From Patescibacteria group bacterium (GTDB lineage Bacteria > Patescibacteriota > Minisyncoccia > Phycocordibacterales > UBA9973): DNA of 64,000 nt. Each line of letters starts with the position of its first letter. The stretch's first letter is position 1. Shown here one piece after another: positions 57,354 through 64,000 of this stretch. Location of the stretch: assembly GCA_038061755.1 (NCBI GenBank), contig JBBTYN010000002.1, forward strand, positions 79,312-143,311, read 5' to 3'. The position numbers and the translations under genes were made by a program. Under the pieces are notes generated by a model that had not been told where the DNA came from, ran no database searches, and saw nothing but the letters and a program-made list of their open reading frames with translations.

Positions 57354-57830
57354 ATGGAAATGGAAAGTAATAATAAAAATTATATCAAAAAATGGAACGT
57401 GCATACAATTTTAGCGCACTCGCACACTATGCAATTTATATTGTTTTTGTTTGGTGTTTTTCTTGATATGATCTTTAGGGTTAAAATTTTTACAAATTCT
57501 GCTTTAGCTGGAGTGGGTGTTATTCTTTTAATATTTGGTAGTGTTTTGATATTTTGGGCACAATATACTTCTCATCACTTAAGTAAAGAAAATCTAACTA
57601 AAGAATCTTTTTCTCATGGACCTTATCGTTATATTAAAAACCCTACCAATTACGGAATATTTTTTATGATATTAGGATTTGGAATTATAGCTAATTCTTT
57701 TTTTGTTATTTTATTTGCCTTTATTTCTTCTCTAATTGCGAAGTTTGTTTTTTTAAATAAAGAAAAGAAAATTTTAATTGCAAAATACGGCGCTCCTTAT
57801 TTAGAGTACAGAAAATCCGTCAAGTTTTAA
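57354..57830 (+). CDS. ICMT/PEMT-family membrane methyltransferase-like protein
   Basis: 4 TM helices and the C-terminal GPYRYIKNPTNYGIFFMILGF...E...L...FG..Y..Y motif. Confidence 0.6.
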   Translation: MEMESNNKNYIKKWNVHTILAHSHTMQFILFLFGVFLDMIFRVKIFTNSALAGVGVILLIFGSVLIFWAQYTSHHLSKENLTKESFSHGPYRYIKNPTNYGIFFMILGFGIIANSFFVILFAFISSLIAKFVFLNKEKKILIAKYGAPYLEYRKSVKF

Positions 57831-57850
57831 TTATTTTTTATTGAACATTT

Positions 57851-58522
57851 ATGTTGTACCTTTTTTCTGGAAATGATTTTAAAAATAAAATTTTAAATTA
57901 TGAAAAATTCATAAAATCTTTGTCTGCGCAAGCAGATATACCTTTCTTGGAGATTTTTTTTATAAATAGGAATGATTTTAATCCTATCCAAATTGAAAGT
58001 TTTTATTCTGGATCTAGTCTTTTTTCAGCTTTATCAGCGATAGTTTTTCAAAATATTTTTGAATATGAGGAAACTAGAGATTTTGTTTTGGACAAATTAA
58101 AACAAATGGGAGAGTCGAACAACCTTTTTATATTTTTAGAGGGAAAGCTAAATAAACCAATACTCGATGCTTTTAAAAAAGTTGAGGCAAAAAGAATGCA
58201 GATTAATATTTTTGAATTACCAAAAGAAAAGTTGGAGAAATTTGATAATTTTTTAGTGGCCAATACTTTCGCCAATAAGGATAAATTAAATACTTGGATT
58301 TATTTCAGACAGGCGATGGATGTAGGGGTAAATATTGAGGAGATTGTTGGAGTTCTCTTTTGGAAAATAAAAGATATGCTTTTGAAAAAGAATTTTAGTA
58401 AATTTTCTCCCGAGCAACTTAAAACTTTTGCTTCTCGTATTTCTTATATTTTGCCTAAAGCTCGCAAAAAAGGATGTGATGCTGAGTCTGCCTTTGAACA
58501 GTTTTTACTTGAAGCTTTTTAA
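57851..58522 (+). CDS. holA: Probable DNA polymerase III delta subunit (short form)
   Basis: N-terminal MLYLFSGNDF..., a pattern of hydrophobic blocks resembling delta domain I-II, and adjacency to polA. The assignment is tentative. Confidence 0.4.
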   Translation: MLYLFSGNDFKNKILNYEKFIKSLSAQADIPFLEIFFINRNDFNPIQIESFYSGSSLFSALSAIVFQNIFEYEETRDFVLDKLKQMGESNNLFIFLEGKLNKPILDAFKKVEAKRMQINIFELPKEKLEKFDNFLVANTFANKDKLNTWIYFRQAMDVGVNIEEIVGVLFWKIKDMLLKKNFSKFSPEQLKTFASRISYILPKARKKGCDAESAFEQFLLEAF

Positions 58523-58566
58523 TTGTCTTGATTTTTAGCCTTATTTCATATATATTTCTTTTATAT

Positions 58567-58639
58567 GCGCCCGTAGCTCAGCTGGTAGAGCAGATCCCTT
58601 TTAAGGATAAGGTCGTTGGTTCGATCCCAACCGGGCGCA
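58567..58639 (+). tRNA. tRNA-Lys (anticodon TTT)
   Basis: GCGCCCG acceptor, D-arm GCTCAGCTGGTAGAGC, anticodon loop CTTTTAA and T-arm GTTGGTTCGATCCCAAC. Confidence 0.85.
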
Positions 58640-58658
58640 CAAACAAAATAAAGAATTT

Positions 58659-59135
58659 ATGCCAGAAAATATTTTAATCCTACACAACATTAGAAGCGTG
58701 GAAAATGTCGGGGCGATGTTTCGTACGGCTGATGCGGTTGGGATAAATAAAATTTATTTGACGGGTTATACACCGACACCACTGGACAGATTTGGCAGAA
58801 AGAGGGGAGATTTGGCTAAGTCTGCCTTGGGAGCGGAGGAATTTGTTCTTTGGGAGCAAAAGAAAAATATTTTTCCACTTTTAACAAAACTTAAGGTAGA
58901 AAAATATTTAATTATTGGGATAGAGCAGGATAAAAATTCTATTGATTATAAAACTCTTCAACTTCGCTCAGGACGGGGAAATGCTTTTATTGTTGGATCA
59001 GAAGTTACAGGTATACCTAAAAATATATTAAAAAAGTGTGATCTAATTGCTGAAATTCCAATGCGAGGCAAAAAAGAGTCCCTCAATGTTTCTGTGGCTC
59101 TGGGGATAGTTTTATTTAGGATTTTTAATATATAA
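58659..59135 (+). CDS. SpoU-family RNA 2'-O-methyltransferase (TrmH/TrmL-like)
   Basis: SPOUT motifs NVGAMFRTADAVG, IVGSEVTGI and ESLNVSVALGIVLF. Confidence 0.8.
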   Translation: MPENILILHNIRSVENVGAMFRTADAVGINKIYLTGYTPTPLDRFGRKRGDLAKSALGAEEFVLWEQKKNIFPLLTKLKVEKYLIIGIEQDKNSIDYKTLQLRSGRGNAFIVGSEVTGIPKNILKKCDLIAEIPMRGKKESLNVSVALGIVLFRIFNI

Positions 59136-59138
59136 AAT

Positions 59139-59711
59139 TTATTTTCCACCTAAAATTTTCAAAGCTTCACGAATTTTAGTGTTGGTGTTTCCGTCGGGAG
59201 AAACTTTTTTTAATGCCTCACGTGCTTCGTTTTGAGAATAACCAAGAGATTTAAGCGCTTCCAAGGCATCTAATTCTCCCTGAAGAGATTTTTCCCCTAG
59301 TTCTGTTCCCATTTTATCGCGTAACTCAATTACAATTCTCTCTGCGGTTTTTTTACCAATTCCAGATATCTTTGTAAGGTAACTTGTATCGGAAGTTGCA
59401 ATAGCTTTGCGTAGTGTTTCAATTGAAGCGATTCCCAAGATGGTCAAAGCTGACCTAGGTCCAATGCCAGATATGCTTATTAACATTTCAAAAAATTCTA
59501 ATTCTGATCGTTCTAAAAATCCATACAAGTCTAAAGCATCTTCCCGCACATGGGTATGAATCCAAAAAAAGTTTATTCCCAAGGACTCATTTCGGGAAAT
59601 TTTAGACAATACATCTGACGAGACATTTATTTTATAGCCAACTCCGCTCGTTTCAACGATTAAAAATTTATCCATTTTAAATTTAATTTTTCCTTTAATA
59701 CTTCCAATCAT
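59139..59711 (-). CDS. ruvA: Holliday junction DNA helicase RuvA
   Basis: MIGSIKGKI..., an OB fold, and two HhH motifs (ISGIGPRSALTIL, ISGIGKKTAERIV). Confidence 0.9.
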   Translation of the reverse strand: MIGSIKGKIKFKMDKFLIVETSGVGYKINVSSDVLSKISRNESLGINFFWIHTHVREDALDLYGFLERSELEFFEMLISISGIGPRSALTILGIASIETLRKAIATSDTSYLTKISGIGKKTAERIVIELRDKMGTELGEKSLQGELDALEALKSLGYSQNEAREALKKVSPDGNTNTKIREALKILGGK

Positions 59712-59764
59712 AAATTAATGATAGCATAATTGCATTTTTTTGGTTTTTTTGTTATATTATATGC

Positions 59765-60016
59765 ATGCCAATAACACAATCAGCCAAAAAAGCAATTCGT
59801 GGTTCTCTTCGAAAGAAGGCTTTTAATGACCAACGCAAGAAGGTAATGAAAGAAATAATAAAGAAAATAGAGAAAGTTGTAAAAACAAACAAAACAGAAG
59901 CTGCAAAAATGCTTTCTGGTGCTTTTCAAGCTATAGACAAGGCTGCACAAAAAGGAGTGATTAAAAAAAACAATGCTGCTCGTAAGAAATCTCGCTTATC
60001 AAAATTAGTGAAATAA
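59765..60016 (+). CDS. rpsT: 30S ribosomal protein S20
   Basis: MPITQSAKKAIRGSLRKKAFNDQRK...AAQKGVIKKNNAARKKSRL. Confidence 0.9.
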   Translation: MPITQSAKKAIRGSLRKKAFNDQRKKVMKEIIKKIEKVVKTNKTEAAKMLSGAFQAIDKAAQKGVIKKNNAARKKSRLSKLVK

Positions 60017-60020
60017 AAAT

Positions 60021-60299
60021 ATGAACCATTTGCTTGAATTTTATGGAACAGAGTGTCCACATTGTGTTAGTATGCATGAACTTGTGGAGCGTTTAGAAAA
60101 AGAAGAGAGGATAAAAGTTGAAAGTTTAGAAGTTTGGCACAATAAAGAAAATGAAAAGCGTTTGCTTGAGATCGACAATGGAGAATTATGCGGTGGAGTT
60201 CCTTTTTTCTACAATACTCAAACAAAGAAATTTATTTGTGGAGATGAAAGTTATGATACATTAAAAAAATGGGCTAAAGGAGAAGAGTTTATACAATAA
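60021..60299 (+). CDS. Thioredoxin/glutaredoxin-like small redox protein
   Basis: CPHC active-site motif near the N-terminus; 92 aa. Confidence 0.6.
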   Translation: MNHLLEFYGTECPHCVSMHELVERLEKEERIKVESLEVWHNKENEKRLLEIDNGELCGGVPFFYNTQTKKFICGDESYDTLKKWAKGEEFIQ

Positions 60300-60309
60300 A
60301 ATACAAATA

Positions 60310-60346
60310 AAAAAATCACTCCGACATAAGTCGGAGTGATTTTTTT
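60310..60346. terminator. Bidirectional rho-independent terminator between the thioredoxin-like gene (+) and csp (-)
   Basis: aaaaatcactccgac ataa gtcggagtgattttttt. Confidence 0.6.
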
Positions 60347-60355
60347 AAGAGAATA

Positions 60356-60556
60356 TTACGCGCGTTGTACGTTTGTAGCATTCAATCCTTTTGGTGATTC
60401 CTCTGTTTCAAAAGAAACTGAATCACCTTCTTTAAGTTCATCAAAAGTAACGCCAACAAGAGAATTACTGTGGAAGAATAAATCCTTCTGTAGTCCTTCT
60501 GCTGTTATAAAGCCGAAACCTTTTTCACTTACCATCTTTTTTATTGTACCGGTCAT
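60356..60556 (-). CDS. Cold-shock protein (CspA family)
   Basis: MTGTIKKMVSEKGFGFI...DLFFHSNSL...EGDSVSFE..ESPKGLNATNV. The start is taken at the internal Met (66 aa). Confidence 0.85.
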   Translation of the reverse strand: MTGTIKKMVSEKGFGFITAEGLQKDLFFHSNSLVGVTFDELKEGDSVSFETEESPKGLNATNVQRA

Positions 60557-60715
60557 TGATTTTTTAGTTAAAGTTATTAAATACAAATAGATATATACTT
60601 AAGAAATCGACTCTTTAAAACTCTTTTCTCACCTACTTTGTCCATATAATATATCATAAAACAACCTAATTTGTCAAGCTTTCTCGCTATTTTGTATAAA
60701 ATAGGCTAATCTACG

Positions 60716-62215
60716 TTGATGTCTAAAGAATCGAAGGATAACCAAAAAACTCAAGAAACAATAGTTAGATTTGATAAAGTTTCATTTGAGTGGGGAGTAA
60801 ATAAGCCTATTTTAGAGGAGGTGTCTTTTACTTTGCGACGTGGATCAAAATTCGCATTGATGGGGCAAAATGGTGCTGGTAAGAGCACTATTTTTCGGCT
60901 TATTTTTGGAAAAAATATTCCAGAATTTGGAATTATTAATGTTGTGAATGGAGTTACTATTGCTTTATCCAGGCAAGTTATTCCAAAAGAAGAGTTGGAT
61001 TTGACTGTGAGAGAATTTTTTGAGAAATGTTTTAAAATTAAGGTGTATGATATTGATCCTAAGATTGACGACGTGTTGGAGGTAGTAAATTTAAAAGGAC
61101 ATACAAAAGTTCACAATAAAATAATAAAAACATTTTCTGGTGGACAACAGGCTCGTTTACTTTTAGCTTCTGCGCTTATTAAAAATCCTGATTTGCTTCT
61201 TTTAGACGAACCGACGAATAATTTAGATAAAGCTGGGATAGTACATTTAACAAAATTTTTAGTTAATTATAAAAAAACAGTTCTAGTTATTTCCCATGAC
61301 GCAGATTTTTTAAATGCTTTTACGCAAGGGGTGCTTTATTTAGATATTTACACAAAAAAGATTGAGCAATATGTCGGCAATTATTTTAACGTAGTAAAAG
61401 ACATTACTGCTCGGGTAGAAAAAGAAAATATGAAAAATGCTCAGTTGCAAAAAGAAATTCAGGCTAAAAAAGATCAAGCAAATGTGTTTGCTTATAAAGG
61501 AGGAAGATTACGATTGGTGGCCAAGCGAATGCGTGAAAAAGCTGAAGAATTAGAAGAAGAGATGGTGGATGTGCGAAAAGAAGATAAAGCTATAAGGCCT
61601 TTTATTATCCCTTCTCAGTCTGATTTAATTGGTGAAATTTTAAATATTTCTTCTTTTACAACGATGAAAAATGGAAAAATTGTAAAACATAAAACTAAAA
61701 TATCTTTAAATAAAAATAATCACTTGCTTTTACAGGGACCGAATGGCATAGGAAAGACGACTCTTTTAGAAAGATTGGCTAGCGGGCATGCAGACGGCGA
61801 AAAGGTAAAAGAAGGAATACGGATCGGTTATTACAGACAAGATTTTTTTACTCTTAATTTTGAAGATACAGTTTATCAATCTTTAGCAGATGCCATAAGA
61901 GAAGGTGGAGAAAGATTGGATGAAGAACGCATGCGTTCTGTGGCAGCTGGGTTTTTAATTACTGGAGAATTTATTCGTACAAAAATAGGGGATCTTTCAG
62001 AAGGGCAGAAAGGGCTCGTCGCTTTTGCTAGGTTGGTTCTCCAAAAACCTGGACTTTTAATCTTGGACGAACCAACAAACCATATAAATTTTCGTCATTT
62101 GCCAATTATTGCCAAAGCACTAGACGAATATAAAGGCGCAATGATTCTCGTTTCTCATGTGCCTGAATTTGTAAAACAAATTAGGATTGACGAAGTACTT
62201 GATTTAGAAAAATAG
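60716..62215 (+). CDS. ABC-F family ATPase (tandem ABC domains, no TMD)
   Basis: GQNGAGKST / LSGGQQARLLLA / LLLLDEPTN, then GPNGIGKTT / LSEGQKGLVAFA / LLILDEPTN, with a charged inter-domain linker. Confidence 0.85.
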   Translation: MMSKESKDNQKTQETIVRFDKVSFEWGVNKPILEEVSFTLRRGSKFALMGQNGAGKSTIFRLIFGKNIPEFGIINVVNGVTIALSRQVIPKEELDLTVREFFEKCFKIKVYDIDPKIDDVLEVVNLKGHTKVHNKIIKTFSGGQQARLLLASALIKNPDLLLLDEPTNNLDKAGIVHLTKFLVNYKKTVLVISHDADFLNAFTQGVLYLDIYTKKIEQYVGNYFNVVKDITARVEKENMKNAQLQKEIQAKKDQANVFAYKGGRLRLVAKRMREKAEELEEEMVDVRKEDKAIRPFIIPSQSDLIGEILNISSFTTMKNGKIVKHKTKISLNKNNHLLLQGPNGIGKTTLLERLASGHADGEKVKEGIRIGYYRQDFFTLNFEDTVYQSLADAIREGGERLDEERMRSVAAGFLITGEFIRTKIGDLSEGQKGLVAFARLVLQKPGLLILDEPTNHINFRHLPIIAKALDEYKGAMILVSHVPEFVKQIRIDEVLDLEK

Positions 62216-62831
62216 CTAACTCTTCGCTTTTTATTTCTTTTAAAGTGTTTGGTTTTAGATTTCCTAACTTTATGTTCATTATTCTTTCACGCTTCAAATC
62301 AGCGACTTCTTGGAAGAGGTTTGCGCACATTCTGCGGATTTGATGTTTTTTTCCTTCGGTTAAAATTACCTTAAAAGTGTTTTCACTCATGATTTTTATT
62401 TTACATGGTTTGGTAACATATCCTTCAATATTTACTCCTGCTTCCATTTTTTGTTTAAAATTTGAGCGGAGTTTTTCTTTCGTACGGACAACGTATTCTT
62501 TTTCATGAGAATATTTTGGGTTTAGAAGTTGGTCAGTGATACGTCCATCGTTGGTTAATATCATTAGTCCATGACTAGCCTTATCTAGTCTCCCCAAAGG
62601 AAACAAACATTCTTGTGGGGAATTGGTTTCAATACCGATTGGTTTATTGTAAGTAAAATATTTGTATGCTGTGGGTTTTGCGTCTTTTACTTCTACAACA
62701 TCAGTTTCATTTACTTGACTGCCGAGGACTGCTAATTTTTTATTAATAAATACTTTTTTATCTTGTATTAAAAGATCAGCTCCTCGTCTGGTAGAGATTT
62801 TTTTTAAAGCAAGATATTTATTTATTCGCAT
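62181..62831 (-). CDS. Pseudouridine synthase (RsuA/RluB family) with N-terminal S4 domain
   Basis: S4 motif MRINKYLALKKISTRRGADLLI and catalytic PLGRLDKASHGLMILTNDG. Confidence 0.8.
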   Translation of the reverse strand: MRINKYLALKKISTRRGADLLIQDKKVFINKKLAVLGSQVNETDVVEVKDAKPTAYKYFTYNKPIGIETNSPQECLFPLGRLDKASHGLMILTNDGRITDQLLNPKYSHEKEYVVRTKEKLRSNFKQKMEAGVNIEGYVTKPCKIKIMSENTFKVILTEGKKHQIRRMCANLFQEVADLKRERIMNIKLGNLKPNTLKEIKSEELAIFLNQVLRQS

Positions 62832-62850
62832 TGGGTATTCTTTTGTTGTT

Positions 62851-64000
62851 TTATTGTAATGTAGTAGTTGTGGTCTTTTTACCAGATGGTTGATCAGTAA
62901 TAACTGTAGTTTTTTTACTGAAAGATTGGTTAAAAAGGTATTTGGCTAGAAATACTAGGACGAGTATAAGGATAAGTAGAAAGAGCCAGCCAAATAGATT
63001 TGTTGGAAGAAAACCAGTTCCGAAGACATTTGCTCCGAGTGGTATGGTAATTACATTTGATGTTTCACTCAAAACTTGTGCGGAAACATTTGCATTTACT
63101 GATTGGTTTTGACCTCCTGGATCAGTGTAACTTAAGGTTGCAGGGAAATTTAAGTTTGTCCCAGCTGGAATATTATCTCGTACTCGAGTTCTTATAGTTA
63201 CTATTCCTTGTCCATTTGCTTTAAGTGTTCCTAGGTTGAAAATTAAAGTATTACCAGAAATATTTGGATTGCTTGGATTAGAGGATAGATAATCTACTTC
63301 AAAAGGAAGATTTATTTGCAAATTAAGATTAGTAATTGATCCTGTGCCAATATTTTGATAACTTACAGTGTAATTAATTTCATCTCCTGGACGTGGTTTA
63401 GTGTTGTCTATTGTAGGAACGATTGGTTGGTTGCGATCAACAGAAGAGGTGATAAGCACGAGGGAAGTCGGAGCGGGTTTTGGACTAACAACTGTGGCAA
63501 CTGCCTGAACCCGAACAGTTATTGTTTCTGAATTACTAGCAGATCCAAAATTATTACTACAAGTAAGCGTATATGTGTTGGTGTTTGTTAATGATCCGGT
63601 ATAGAAGCTTCCAGGGCCAATACTTTTTACTCCTGCCCAGCCGACAGACCCTCCACTTGCATAACAAGAAGAAGCATTAGTTGTAATCCAGCGAACGGTA
63701 GCAGTTCCATTGTAAGGAACGTTTACTTGGTCCGAGTAAACTGTTACCGTTGGTTGACTATTGACTTGCATATAATAAGTACAAGGTAATACTCCTCTAT
63801 AATTATTAGCATTTATATCTTGGCATGTTTGTATTGTGTAATTATTGTACATACAAGGATACATTGCTCCATAATTATTAGCAGTTGTATCTCGGCAAGT
63901 TGACTGAGTTTGATTTACATAAATTTGATTTACATACACAGTAGTAGAATCACTTACTTGCTGTCCGTTTGTGCCATAGCAGGTGATTGTGTAAGTAGTC
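62851..64000 (-). CDS. Cell-surface protein with a DUF11-like repeat domain and C-terminal TM anchor; the 5' end runs off the window
   Basis: The reading frame stays open upstream of the GTG at 63939 to position 64000. It has a C-terminal hydrophobic anchor LFGWLFLLILILVLVFLAKYLF, T/N/S-rich regions and a DUF11-type 'conserved repeat domain' (DNTKPRPGDEINYTVSYQNIGTG...). Confidence 0.6.
   Translation of the reverse strand, partial: TTYTITCYGTNGQQVSDSTTVYVNQIYVNQTQSTCRDTTANNYGAMYPCMYNNYTIQTCQDINANNYRGVLPCTYYMQVNSQPTVTVYSDQVNVPYNGTATVRWITTNASSCYASGGSVGWAGVKSIGPGSFYTGSLTNTNTYTLTCSNNFGSASNSETITVRVQAVATVVSPKPAPTSLVLITSSVDRNQPIVPTIDNTKPRPGDEINYTVSYQNIGTGSITNLNLQINLPFEVDYLSSNPSNPNISGNTLIFNLGTLKANGQGIVTIRTRVRDNIPAGTNLNFPATLSYTDPGGQNQSVNANVSAQVLSETSNVITIPLGANVFGTGFLPTNLFGWLFLLILILVLVFLAKYLFNQSFSKKTTVITDQPSGKKTTTTTLQ

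Overview
This AT-rich window (about 30% GC) is dense with housekeeping genes and looks like a streamlined Candidate Phyla Radiation / Patescibacteria-type chromosome. That lineage placement is inferred from gene content and gene architecture only. The window spans the replication origin neighbourhood: rpmH-rnpA-yidD-yidC-jag on the minus strand, then dnaA-dnaN on the plus strand, with a perfect DnaA box upstream of dnaA and an extremely AT-rich dnaA-dnaN spacer. Core genes present are clpP, rny, hup, a lexA operon with a GAAC-N4-GTTC SOS box, comM, pnp, rpsO, xth, cca, uvrD/pcrA, ksgA, PBP1A, tyrS, ruvC/yebC/ruvB/ruvA, pilB, polA, rpsT, csp, an ABC-F ATPase and five tRNAs. metK carries a 410-aa LAGLIDADG intein. 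Four accessory features stand out. (1) GC-rich palindromic miniature elements with terminal inverted repeats and apparent target-site duplications sit IN FRAME inside essential genes. An identical 92-bp copy is in uvrD and ksgA, a related copy shares the core in uvrD, and a perfect 20-bp-stem hairpin is in jag. Further GC-rich patches occur in metK and uvrD. A related 13-bp-stem palindrome family occurs three times intergenically. (2) A type-IV-secretion / conjugation-like gene cluster lies at about 31.2-40.7 kb. It has a VirB6-like polytopic protein, a PrgI/VirB3-like protein, a split VirB4 ATPase, a VirB2-like pilin candidate and secreted proteins, preceded by large surface proteins. (3) A four-helix-bundle (Avd / 23S-IVS-protein family) gene is embedded in the loop of a hairpin built from AATTACG heptamer repeats inside that cluster. 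The empty version of the same hairpin sits in the next intergenic spacer. (4) tRNA-Gly(GCC) is preceded by three degenerate tandem copies of its own 5' half. Smaller observations are a frameshifted Nudix gene, phased TATCAACA (DnaA-box-like) iterons next to a candidate structured RNA upstream of ruvB, and a CGTGAAAC motif cluster at yraN.
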